Assembly: GCA_027067555.1 (NCBI GenBank)
Contig: JAMOVU010000177.1
Span: forward strand, 2,996 to 66,995
Source: Candidatus Aminicenantes bacterium
GTDB lineage: Bacteria > Acidobacteriota > Aminicenantia > JAMOAD01
Direction: 5' to 3'
Length of the DNA: 64,000 nucleotides
The position numbers and the translations under genes are program-made. This document shows, one piece after another, positions 29,612 through 37,881 of this stretch. The notes beneath the pieces were generated by a model. It ran no database searches. It had not been told where the DNA came from and saw only the letters and a list, made by a program, of their open reading frames with translations. The number at the start of each line of letters is the position of its first letter. Position 1 is the stretch's first letter.

Positions 29612-30072
29612 TGAAAAAAATAAGGATTTCTGTGATTGGAGGACATGCACCATCTGATGAGTGCTATGAGTTAGCATATCAATTTGGGAAAAAAGCAGCT
29701 GAAAAAGATTGGCAAATAATTTGCGGGGGTCTTGGAGGAGTCATGGAAGCTGTCTCAAAAGGAGTTAGTGAAGCAGGTGGTGAGGTGATTGGTATTTTGC
29801 CATCAGAAGATTTTCACTCCGGTAATCAATACTTAACATTCTCAGTAGCCACAGGACTTGGGTGGATGAGGAATGCTCTTGTTGTAATGAATGGTGATGT
29901 GGTAGTTGCAATTGACGGAAGTTATGGAACTTTATCAGAGATTTCCTACGCTAAGATAATGAATAAAAAGGTTTTTTCTTTAAGCTCATGGGATATTGAT
30001 GGTGTTAAAAAGGTAAAAGATTTAGAAGAGCTGATAAGAGAGATAGAAGATTTTTTAAATGCCCAATTATAA
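29608..30072 (+). CDS. TIGR00725-type LOG/SLOG-family protein
   Basis: ICGGLGGVMEA, TGLGWMRN, GSYGTLSEI. Confidence 0.88.
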   Translation: MMKKIRISVIGGHAPSDECYELAYQFGKKAAEKDWQIICGGLGGVMEAVSKGVSEAGGEVIGILPSEDFHSGNQYLTFSVATGLGWMRNALVVMNGDVVVAIDGSYGTLSEISYAKIMNKKVFSLSSWDIDGVKKVKDLEELIREIEDFLNAQL

Positions 30073-30802
30073 AATAAAGATTCAGTATGATGGAACGGAT
30101 TTTCACGGGTGGCAGATTCAAAAAGACCGGATTACCATTCAGGGGGAAATTTCAAGAGTTTTAAAAATAATTACAGGAAGCAAAGTAAGAGTAACAGGTT
30201 CAGGCAGAACGGATGCAGGCGTTCATGCTCTTGGACAGGTGGCCAATTTTGTTACAAAGTTAAATATAGAAGCAGAATCTATGCTTAAAGCTCTTAACTC
30301 ATTACTTCCTCCCACTATAAGAATTATTGAATCAGAAGTAGTTCCGGATAGTTTTAACGCGATGTTTAATTGTATTGAAAAAACATACCGTTACACTATT
30401 TATCATGGAAGAATTATATCTCCGTTCTTGTACAGATATGCGCTTCACTATCCTTATAATTTAGATTTTGAAAAGATGGAACAAGCTGCTCAAAAATTAA
30501 TAGGTGAGAAGGATTTTTCTGCTTTTACTGTAAAATCATCCGCTAAAAATCATGTTAAGAATTTAAAAGTGATAAGATTCAATCGAAAAGGAGATATCAC
30601 AGATATATATTTTACAGGTAATGGTTTTTTAAGATATATGGTAAGAACTCTTGTTGGAACTTTAATTGAGATTGGGAATGGTAAAATTAAAGTTGAAGAA
30701 ATTGAAGAAATAATTGAATCAAAAGACAGAAGTAAAGCTGGCCCAACCTCGCCCCCTCATGGATTGTTTTTGATTGAAGCAAGATATCCTGAAAATTTAT
30801 AA
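30059..30802 (+). CDS. truA: tRNA pseudouridine(38-40) synthase TruA
   Basis: YDGTDFHGWQIQ, GSGRTDAGVHA, GFLRYMVR, AGPTSPPHGL. Confidence 0.97.
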   Translation: MPNYKIKIQYDGTDFHGWQIQKDRITIQGEISRVLKIITGSKVRVTGSGRTDAGVHALGQVANFVTKLNIEAESMLKALNSLLPPTIRIIESEVVPDSFNAMFNCIEKTYRYTIYHGRIISPFLYRYALHYPYNLDFEKMEQAAQKLIGEKDFSAFTVKSSAKNHVKNLKVIRFNRKGDITDIYFTGNGFLRYMVRTLVGTLIEIGNGKIKVEEIEEIIESKDRSKAGPTSPPHGLFLIEARYPENL

Positions 30803-30864
30803 TTTAATAAATGTTGAAAAAAGAAGTAAAATTATTTTAAAATAAGCTTTAATTAAAGTAGGAG

Positions 30865-31788
30865 ATGAAAATGAAGAGATGGAAAATTTTTTGGCGAGCG
30901 GTTAGATCATATGCTTTTACAATTACTATAGTTCATATATTATTGGGAAGTGTAATTGCTAAGTGGGAAAATACTGCTCTGAATTTTAATTTTTTTAATC
31001 TTATATTAGCTTTATTTGGAGCTGTGGTAATTCATGCTGCTTCAAATGTGATTTCCGATTATTATGATTATAAAGCAAAAGTTGATAGAGAGGGAACTTT
31101 TGGCTCAAGTGGTGTTTTAGTTGAAAAATTGCTAACACCAAAAGAAGCTTATATTTTTGCTATTTTTCTTTTTTTAATAGGTTTTTTTATTGCTCTGTAT
31201 TTTTTTCTTACATTAGAGAATAAAATTGTATTCTTAATTATTGTTTTATCAGGGTTTGTTTTCGGAATGTTTTATACTGCCGGTCCTTTTGCTTTGAAAT
31301 ACAGAGCTCTGGGAGATTTTGCTGTTTTCATGGCTTTTGGCCCTATTATGACTCTGGGTGCTTATTTTGTTCAGGCTCAGAAATTTTCCTGGTGGCCCAT
31401 AATTTTTTCAATTCCACTCGGATTAGTGGTAGATGCTGTGCTTCATGGAAATAACATTAGAGATATAGAAAATGACAAAAAAGTTAACATAAAGACCATT
31501 CCGATTGTTATTGGTGAAGAGAAGGCAAAGATAATGTATTATTTTTTAATTGGTGGGGCATATTTGATACAATTACTTTTAATTATCTTTGCTTCTCTTC
31601 CTTATTACACTCTACTTTCACTTTTTTCACTTCCATTGGGAATTAAACTAATTAATATGATGAAGAGGAAAAATGAACTACCACCTGAGAAGTTTGCATT
31701 GATTGATATGTATACATCGCAATATCATCTAACTTATGGAATTTTGTTCGTTTTGGGGATTTTCATAAGTGTTTTAACTCATAAATAA
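30865..31788 (+). CDS. menA: 1,4-dihydroxy-2-naphthoate prenyltransferase (MenA, UbiA family)
   Basis: SNVISDYYDYKAKVD, LKYRALGD, LHGNNIRDIENDKKVNIKT. Confidence 0.85.
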   Translation: MKMKRWKIFWRAVRSYAFTITIVHILLGSVIAKWENTALNFNFFNLILALFGAVVIHAASNVISDYYDYKAKVDREGTFGSSGVLVEKLLTPKEAYIFAIFLFLIGFFIALYFFLTLENKIVFLIIVLSGFVFGMFYTAGPFALKYRALGDFAVFMAFGPIMTLGAYFVQAQKFSWWPIIFSIPLGLVVDAVLHGNNIRDIENDKKVNIKTIPIVIGEEKAKIMYYFLIGGAYLIQLLLIIFASLPYYTLLSLFSLPLGIKLINMMKRKNELPPEKFALIDMYTSQYHLTYGILFVLGIFISVLTHK

Positions 31789-31855
31789 GTAAAAAACATA
31801 TTGTTTTAATTTATTATTTGATTTATAATAATTATAACATTAAAAATGGTTTGGA

Positions 31856-33073
31856 ATGAAAAACAAAATCTATAATTCCGCTTTTTATTATTATGATAAA
31901 GAGAAAATAGAAGAAGAACTCAGGAAAGGTTTCTTTTCTCTTAAATTTACAAAAGATGTTGAAGAGAGATTTAAAGAATTTCTTTTTATTAGAATAAGAG
32001 AATCAATGAGATTTTCAATACTTTTGGGGATTCTTATATATTTTATCTTTGGCCTTTTGGATTACTTTATTTATCCTGATTACTTTAGTAAATTATTTTT
32101 TATTCGTTATATTATAGGAGGTCCTCCAATTGTACTGGCAGGCTTTTTTTTGTTAAAAGCAAAAAAAGAGATTGAGATGCAGTTTCTTTTTAGCGTTGCT
32201 TTAATTGTGGCAGGATTGATGATAATTTTTATGATTTATCTTGTGCACGATCCAACTCATAGATATTATGCTGGGCTTACCGTTGTTTTGTTATATTCCT
32301 ATGTTGCTGTGGGTATTCGCTTCAGGTATACTTTTATCATTGGAAGTATATTAATAGGAACCTATTTTTTAAGCGCCATTTTTATTTTTTCCCCTGAGAC
32401 AAGTTTTTTAATAAGTAATATTTTCTTTTTAATCTTTTTTAATTTTATTGGGATGATTTCAAGTTTTTGGTATGAGAAAAATCAAAGAAAATTGTTCCTT
32501 CTCTCCTCTCTTGTAGCAATAGAAAGAAAAGAACTTAAAAGCACTAATGAGAGACTAAAAGAATTAACAAGAACAGACCCTTTGACAAAAATTGCAAATA
32601 GAAGATATTTTGAAGAATTCCTGAAGATAGAATGGAAGAGATCTATGAGAAAAAGAGAACCAATTTCTGCAATAATGGTTGATATCGATTACTTTAAAAA
32701 ATATAATGATTATTATGGACATCAAAAGGGGGACATAGCTTTATATAAAGTTGCTAAAAGCTTGAAGAATTTCTCAAGGAGGGCTGGTGATTTTGTTGCA
32801 AGGTTTGGGGGTGAAGAGTTTATTGTTATTTTAACAAACACTGAAAACAAAATTGCGGTTGAGATTGCTGAAAATATGAGAAAAGAGGTTATGAAACTTA
32901 AAATTAAGCATCCTCTCTCTGATATTGCAGATGTTTTAACAATAAGTCTTGGGGTGGCAACCATGATTCCCGAAAAAGAAATTAATTGTGAACTTTTGGT
33001 TAAAGCAGCGGATGAGGCTCTTTATAAAGCAAAAAAAACAGGAAGAAACAAGGTTGATAATGTGGTTATTTAA
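31856..33073 (+). CDS. Membrane-anchored diguanylate cyclase (GGDEF)
   Basis: About 6 TM helices, DPLTKIANRR, DIDYFKKYND, RAGD I-site, RFGGEEF active site. Confidence 0.93.
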   Translation: MKNKIYNSAFYYYDKEKIEEELRKGFFSLKFTKDVEERFKEFLFIRIRESMRFSILLGILIYFIFGLLDYFIYPDYFSKLFFIRYIIGGPPIVLAGFFLLKAKKEIEMQFLFSVALIVAGLMIIFMIYLVHDPTHRYYAGLTVVLLYSYVAVGIRFRYTFIIGSILIGTYFLSAIFIFSPETSFLISNIFFLIFFNFIGMISSFWYEKNQRKLFLLSSLVAIERKELKSTNERLKELTRTDPLTKIANRRYFEEFLKIEWKRSMRKREPISAIMVDIDYFKKYNDYYGHQKGDIALYKVAKSLKNFSRRAGDFVARFGGEEFIVILTNTENKIAVEIAENMRKEVMKLKIKHPLSDIADVLTISLGVATMIPEKEINCELLVKAADEALYKAKKTGRNKVDNVVI

Positions 33074-33074
33074 T

Positions 33075-34355
33075 TTAAGAGATTCCAAGTTTCTTCATTT
33101 TTCTCCAGAGAGTTGTTCTGTTAATGCCGAGTTTTTGGGCAGCTAATCTTTTATTCCACTTTACTTCTTCCAGAATCTTAAGTATTTTTTCTTTTTCTTT
33201 AGTATTTTGATTTATCTCTTTGTTCCCACTTTCTATTTTAATATACTCGGGAAGATGATCAATTTTTATTTCACCTTTTTCACAAAAAATATAAGCGTAC
33301 TCGAGAATATTCCTGAGTTCCCTAATGTTACCCGGATAATTGTAGGAAAGTAAAAGGTTAAGAGCATCTTTGGAAATCCCGGTTATTTTCTTATTGTGTA
33401 CAATGTTTAGTCTATATATAAAATAATCTATAAAGAGAGGTATATCTCCTTTTCTTTCCCTTAGAGGTGGGATTTTTACATTAACCACATTAAGTCTATA
33501 AAATAGATCTTCTCTGAAATTACCCTTTTTAACCTCTTCAGAAAGATTTTTATTTGTGGCTGAAATTACCCTGACATCAACTTTCTCCGCTCTTGTGCTT
33601 CCGAGAGGAATTATTTCCCCTGTCTCAACTACTCTCAAAAGTTTGGCTTGAATGTTTTGGCTCATCTCCCCAACTTCATCCAAAAAAATCGTTCCTTTAT
33701 TTGCCTGGACAAAAAGACCGGGTTTGTCCTTTTTCGCATCTGTAAAAGCTCCTTTTTTGTATCCGAAAAGTTCTGATTCAAGAAGCGTATCGGGAAGAGC
33801 TGCACAATTTATCTTTACAAAGGGTTTATTCTTTCTATCACTTAGATTTTTAATCGCAGTAGCAAAAACTTCTTTCCCAACTCCACTTTCTCCTTCTATC
33901 AATACAGGAACATTGCTTTTTGCAATTTTTGGCAATGCACTTATAATATTTAAAAGGTTTTTATCTCTTGTGATTATGTCTTCTAATTTAAAGCCCTTTT
34001 TTATTCTTCTTTCAAGTTCATACTCTCTTGTTATATCCTGAAAAATTTCAATCCAATTATCTCCAAACGGAAAAGCTTTTACTTTTATATATTTTTCTTC
34101 ATTTTCCTTATTTATAATGTTTACTATTATTTCTCTTTGTTCTTTCCCTTCTTTTAATGCTTTAATAGGGCAATTCTTTGTGCAGGCATCTGCTTTGAGT
34201 ATTTCAAAACAAAATTTGCCTACTGCTTCATTTTTTTTGAACCCTGTTATCTGTGATGCTGCCTTATTTATTTCTTTTATTTTAAATTCATTGTCTATTA
34301 TTAAAACACCTTCAAAAAGGTGATCCAATATATCTGAATAATTATCCTGTTTCAT
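33075..34355 (-). CDS. Sigma54-dependent transcriptional activator (PAS - AAA+ - Fis HTH)
   Basis: GESGVGKE Walker A, GAFTDA, FLDEVG Walker B, FREDLFYRLNV, LGINRTTLWRK. Confidence 0.95.
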   Translation of the reverse strand: MKQDNYSDILDHLFEGVLIIDNEFKIKEINKAASQITGFKKNEAVGKFCFEILKADACTKNCPIKALKEGKEQREIIVNIINKENEEKYIKVKAFPFGDNWIEIFQDITREYELERRIKKGFKLEDIITRDKNLLNIISALPKIAKSNVPVLIEGESGVGKEVFATAIKNLSDRKNKPFVKINCAALPDTLLESELFGYKKGAFTDAKKDKPGLFVQANKGTIFLDEVGEMSQNIQAKLLRVVETGEIIPLGSTRAEKVDVRVISATNKNLSEEVKKGNFREDLFYRLNVVNVKIPPLRERKGDIPLFIDYFIYRLNIVHNKKITGISKDALNLLLSYNYPGNIRELRNILEYAYIFCEKGEIKIDHLPEYIKIESGNKEINQNTKEKEKILKILEEVKWNKRLAAQKLGINRTTLWRKMKKLGIS

Positions 34356-34360
34356 GCTTT

Positions 34361-34389
34361 ATTTTAAATCAAATTTAGTTTTTTTGCAA
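34361..34389 (-). promoter_or_regulatory. Putative sigma70 promoter of the sigma54 activator gene (TTGCAA-17-TAAAAT), 5 nt before the ATG
   Basis: Minus-strand hexamers at 34389-34384 and 34366-34361; the -35 overlaps the first palindrome. Confidence 0.55.
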
Positions 34390-34436
34390 CATTGTGCAAC
34401 AAATGAAACATAATGTTTCGCAACATTGTTGCAACA
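34385..34436. promoter_or_regulatory. Cluster of inverted repeats, probable enhancer (UAS) for the sigma54 activator
   Basis: TGCAACATTGTGCA (34385-34398), GAAACAT-A-ATGTTTC (34405-34419), GCAACA-T-TGTTGC (34420-34432); about 85-135 bp upstream of the predicted sigma54 start. Confidence 0.65.
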
Positions 34437-34493
34437 AAATTTCGTGAGCTGGAAAAATTAAATAATTATAAGGGCTTGTGGAAATTTATAAAG

Positions 34494-34510
34494 TTGGCAC
34501 GAAAATTTAT
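34494..34510 (+). promoter_or_regulatory. Putative sigma54 -24/-12 promoter (perfect -24, degenerate -12)
   Basis: TTGGCACG-AAAA-TTTAT versus consensus TGGCACG-N4-TTGC; divergent from a bEBP gene. Confidence 0.55.
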
Positions 34511-34520
34511 ATCTAACAAT

Positions 34521-34937
34521 ATGAAATTAGCAGTAGCGGCTTTTAGAAATATAGTTGCTCCAAGATTGGATTTCTCAGAGCAACTTATTATATATGAAAT
34601 TGTAGATGGGAGAGTTATGGGAAAGAGTACTGTAAATCTTATACTTGGATATCCTATGGAGCTTTTGAGTGTTCTTAAATCTGAAAATATTAGTATAATA
34701 ATTTGCGGTGGAGGACCGCGGGGGTTTTTAAGGAATCTATTTTTTAATGGTATTGAAATACTAAATGGTGGCTTCATGGAACCTGATGTGGCAGTGGATT
34801 TGTTTCTCAAAGGTAAGATACCTTCCTTTTTTGGAAATGCGGCTTTTTATAATGGAGAGTGGCCGAGAAGAAGCAGAAGAGGGAAGAGAAAAGGCTTTGG
34901 GAAAAATAGAAAAAATTTAAATAAAGGGAGGAAATAA
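34521..34937 (+). CDS. NifB/NifX (dinitrogenase FeMo-cofactor biosynthesis-like) family protein
   Basis: MKLAVAAFRNIVAPRLDFS, IIICGG; the ORF-track start at 34413 lies inside the enhancer, so ATG 34521 is preferred. Confidence 0.7.
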   Translation: MKLAVAAFRNIVAPRLDFSEQLIIYEIVDGRVMGKSTVNLILGYPMELLSVLKSENISIIICGGGPRGFLRNLFFNGIEILNGGFMEPDVAVDLFLKGKIPSFFGNAAFYNGEWPRRSRRGKRKGFGKNRKNLNKGRK

Positions 34938-36289
34938 TGGCAAATAGGGAATTTGATGTTTTAGTTATTGGTGGAGGACCTGCCGGTATTATTACGGCTG
35001 TTACCTCAAAGACATATTATCCTGAAAAAAGCGTTGCTATTTTGAGGAGAGAAAAAAAAGTATTGGTTCCCTGTGGGATTCCCTATGTTTTGTATACTCT
35101 TGATTCTCCCGAAAAAAACATTATTCCAGATGATCCTATTTTAAAGAAAGGAATTGAGATTATTGTAGATTCGGTTAAGAAGGTTGACATTAAGGAGAAG
35201 GTAGCCTTTACGGAAAGTGGGGATAAGATTAAGTTTGAGAAAGTAGTTTTTGCAACAGGTTCTACGCCCACAGAACCTTCTTGGCTTGAAGGAAGAGATC
35301 TTGAAAATGTTTTTTATATTAAAAAGAATATTGATTATCTTAGAGATTTAAAAAGCAAACTTTCAAATTTTAAAAATATTGTAATAGTTGGTGGAGGTTT
35401 TATTGGTGCGGAGGTTGCCGACGAACTAAGAAAATATGGAGAAAAGAAAATCACTATTGTGGAAAAATTACCTCATATACTTTATCTTGCTTTTGATGAG
35501 GAGTGCTGTATTAAAGCAGAAGAGGAGCTTAAAAAGGGTGGTGTTGATTTAATTACAGGTGTAGGTGTCAAAAAGATAGAGGGTAAAGGCAAGGTTGAGA
35601 AGATAATTCTTGAGAATGGTAAGAGTATTGATGCTGACGCAGTTATTCTATCTTTGGGATACAAACCCAATGTGAAACTTGCAGCCGAGGCAGGAATAAG
35701 GCTTGGAGCTTCAGGGGCTATTTGGGTTGATGAATATTTGAGGACTGATTATGACCATGTTTTTGCTGTGGGTGATTGCGTAGAGAGAAAGGATTTTATA
35801 ACAAGAAGGATTAGTAAAATCATGCTTGCTTCAACGGCAACTTCAGAGGCAAGGATAGCCGGGGCAAATCTTTTTAAACTTCAAGTGGTTAAAACATTTA
35901 CGGGAACAATCGGAATCTTTTCCACTAAGATTGGTAACAATGCTTTTGGTTCAGCAGGTATTACAGAAGCAATGGCAAGAGAGTTAGGTTTTGATATTGT
36001 TATAGGAGAGGCTGAGAGTATTGATAGACATCCAGGATCTTTGCCCGGGGCTCACAAACAGAGAGTTAAACTTATTGCATCAAAAAAATCTGAAATAATA
36101 ATGGGAGCTCAAGTTTTTGGAGGAGATAGTGTGGGTGAGATTATCAATCTTTTAGGTTTTGCTATTCAGCAAAAAACCACAGCCGGTGGGCTTTTAATTT
36201 CTCAGATTGGAACACACCCACTTTTAACATCAGCTCCCACGACTTATCCAATAATAAAAGCTGCTGAAAGTTTAATTTCAAAAATTTAA
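34937..36289 (+). CDS. FAD-dependent pyridine nucleotide-disulfide oxidoreductase (CoA-disulfide reductase/NADH oxidase group)
   Basis: GGGPAG, redox Cys in VPCGIPY, ATGS, GGGFIGAE, VFAVGDC, dimerization domain. Confidence 0.9.
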   Translation: MANREFDVLVIGGGPAGIITAVTSKTYYPEKSVAILRREKKVLVPCGIPYVLYTLDSPEKNIIPDDPILKKGIEIIVDSVKKVDIKEKVAFTESGDKIKFEKVVFATGSTPTEPSWLEGRDLENVFYIKKNIDYLRDLKSKLSNFKNIVIVGGGFIGAEVADELRKYGEKKITIVEKLPHILYLAFDEECCIKAEEELKKGGVDLITGVGVKKIEGKGKVEKIILENGKSIDADAVILSLGYKPNVKLAAEAGIRLGASGAIWVDEYLRTDYDHVFAVGDCVERKDFITRRISKIMLASTATSEARIAGANLFKLQVVKTFTGTIGIFSTKIGNNAFGSAGITEAMARELGFDIVIGEAESIDRHPGSLPGAHKQRVKLIASKKSEIIMGAQVFGGDSVGEIINLLGFAIQQKTTAGGLLISQIGTHPLLTSAPTTYPIIKAAESLISKI

Positions 36290-36305
36290 ATAGAGGAGGT
36301 GTGAA

Positions 36306-36611
36306 ATGTTTAACTATATGAATCCTTATTATTATGGTTTTGGAGGCTTTGGTTGGGGGAGAGGTAGAGGTTTTGGAAGAGGCAGAGGTTTTGGAAGAGG
36401 CAGAGGTTTCGGAAGAGGCAGAGGCTTTGGCTTCGGCAGAGGGTTTGGTTATGGAGCAACACTTGGTTATTGCCCGTGGACTGGCCTTCCAAGAGGTTGG
36501 AGATGGATGGGGTACTATACTCCCTATAATATGCCTTATACAGGAGGGTTTAACTATCCGGTTCCTTATGCTTACAATACACCAACTCCAGTACAGGAGG
36601 AGAAAAAATGA
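36306..36611 (+). CDS. Small Gly/Arg/Tyr-rich protein (DUF5320-like)
   Basis: Strong SD AGGAGG; (GRGRGF)x4, GYCPWTGLPRGWRW; stop overlaps the next ATG. Confidence 0.75.
   Translation: MFNYMNPYYYGFGGFGWGRGRGFGRGRGFGRGRGFGRGRGFGFGRGFGYGATLGYCPWTGLPRGWRWMGYYTPYNMPYTGGFNYPVPYAYNTPTPVQEEKK
36357..36428 (+). repeat. 18-bp coding tandem repeat x4 (GRGRGF)
   Basis: ggRagaggYagaggYttY units with synonymous variation only. Confidence 0.9.
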
Positions 36612-37216
36612 GGATACTCATTACTTCATCAGGTCCTGATTTAAATTCTCCGGTGGATATGAGATTTGCAAGAGCACCTTATTTCATTGTGTATGATAGT
36701 GAGAATCCTGAAAACCCTGAAGTGATTCAAAATCCTTTTATGAATACTCCTTCCGGGGCTGGAGTTGTTGCAGCTCAATTTGTGGTGGAAAGAGGAGTGC
36801 AAGCAGTTGTTTCAGGTGCTTTCGGACCAAACTCTTCTATGATTCTAAGTTCGGCTGGTATTCAAATGATTACTGAGACAGGAGGCGTTTCTGTAAAAGA
36901 AGCTATTGATAAGGCGATAAGTGGGAATTATCCCCAAGGAGTTCCCCAGCAGGCAGCCATGCCAGCTTCTTATTTTCCTCAATACAACCCCTATGGATTT
37001 GGATGGGGATTTGGAAGAGGCTTCGGATGGGGAAGAGGCTTTGGAAGAGGCTGGGCTATGAATTGGGGAACTTTTCCTATAGGAACATATCCCCAAGTTT
37101 ACAATTTTGATGAAAAGAATTTTCTAAAAAATATGATAGATAATCTTAAATCTCAGCTAAATTACTATGAAAAAAGATTGGCAGAGATTGAAAAAAATAT
37201 TAAGGAGGAAAAATGA
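36608..37216 (+). CDS. NifB/NifX-family protein with GFGWGRG tract and C-terminal coiled coil
   Basis: VDMRFARAPYF, GAGVVAAQ, GAFGPN; FGWGFGRGFGWGRGFGRGW; LKSQLNYYEKRLAEIE. Confidence 0.85.
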   Translation: MRILITSSGPDLNSPVDMRFARAPYFIVYDSENPENPEVIQNPFMNTPSGAGVVAAQFVVERGVQAVVSGAFGPNSSMILSSAGIQMITETGGVSVKEAIDKAISGNYPQGVPQQAAMPASYFPQYNPYGFGWGFGRGFGWGRGFGRGWAMNWGTFPIGTYPQVYNFDEKNFLKNMIDNLKSQLNYYEKRLAEIEKNIKEEK

Positions 37217-37770
37217 AAATATTAGTAACTGCAAGCTCTGAAGATTTGAATGGTCCTGTGGATCCTCGTTTCGGAAGAGCAGCTTATTATGTGATTTTTG
37301 ATTCTGAAAACCCTGATGCTGTTCAGATAATTCCTAATCCCAATGCAGCTTCACCAAGTGGAGCGGGTATTGCAGCAGCTCAGTATGTTGCATCTCAAGG
37401 TGTTAACATAGTTGTTTCAGGATCTTTTGGCCCCAATGCCTCATCAGTACTTTCAGGCGCAGGTATCCAGATGGTTTCAGCACCTTCAGGAATGAGTGTA
37501 AGAGAAGCTTATGAGATGGCACTTCAAGGAAAGTTAGGTGCTGCTCCTGCGAATCCGAACGGACAGATGCCACCTTATCCGCCTCAAGGGGGATTTGGTG
37601 GACCGGGCTTCGGCGGAGGCGCAGGTTTTGGAGGCGGTTTCGGAGGTGGATTCGGAAGAGGCCGAGGCGGTGGTTTTGGTAGAGGCAGAGGCCGAGGAGG
37701 CGGTTTTGGAAAAGGTGGAGGAAGAGGCCAAGGCGGTGGCTTTGGCGGTGGTTTTGGTAGAGGCTGGTAG
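37213..37770 (+). CDS. NifB/NifX-family protein with ~60-aa Gly/Phe/Arg-rich tail
   Basis: VDPRFGRAAYY, GAGIAAAQ, GSFGPN; tail GGFGG/GRGRGGGFG. Confidence 0.85.
   Translation: MKILVTASSEDLNGPVDPRFGRAAYYVIFDSENPDAVQIIPNPNAASPSGAGIAAAQYVASQGVNIVVSGSFGPNASSVLSGAGIQMVSAPSGMSVREAYEMALQGKLGAAPANPNGQMPPYPPQGGFGGPGFGGGAGFGGGFGGGFGRGRGGGFGRGRGRGGGFGKGGGRGQGGGFGGGFGRGW
37588..37767 (+). repeat. Low-complexity GC-rich coding repeat (GGFGG/GRGRGG)
   Basis: Imperfect repeated units; locally far higher GC than the flanks. Confidence 0.8.
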
Positions 37771-37810
37771 TAAGTCTCTTTTCAAATAAAGCTTACCCTC
37801 CTTTGTGTGG

Positions 37811-37841
37811 ACGGAGCGGGCGAGCCCGCTCCGTTTTTTTT
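37811..37841 (+). terminator. Rho-independent terminator of the NifX operon
   Basis: Perfect 10-bp stem ACGGAGCGGG/CCCGCTCCGT, loop CGAG, then a T run. Confidence 0.92.
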
Positions 37842-37881
37842 ATTCTATTGAATTAATCTTTTCATTGATTTATATTATTTT

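Noticed and set aside
36357-37767. GC-rich repeats as CRISPR, REP or non-coding repeats
   Set aside because: Units are in-frame, have no spacers and vary only at synonymous positions, so they are coding low-complexity tracts
34521-37770. Nitrogen fixation cluster
   Set aside because: No nifH/D/K/E/N or radical-SAM NifB domain; stand-alone NifX-like domains are common in non-diazotrophs
36334-37789. Alternative-frame ORFs 36334-36639 and 37538-37789 (EEAEV-rich) and antisense 37534-37785
   Set aside because: Frame shadows of the Gly-rich repeats, which lack stop codons; no SD, and they overlap better-supported genes
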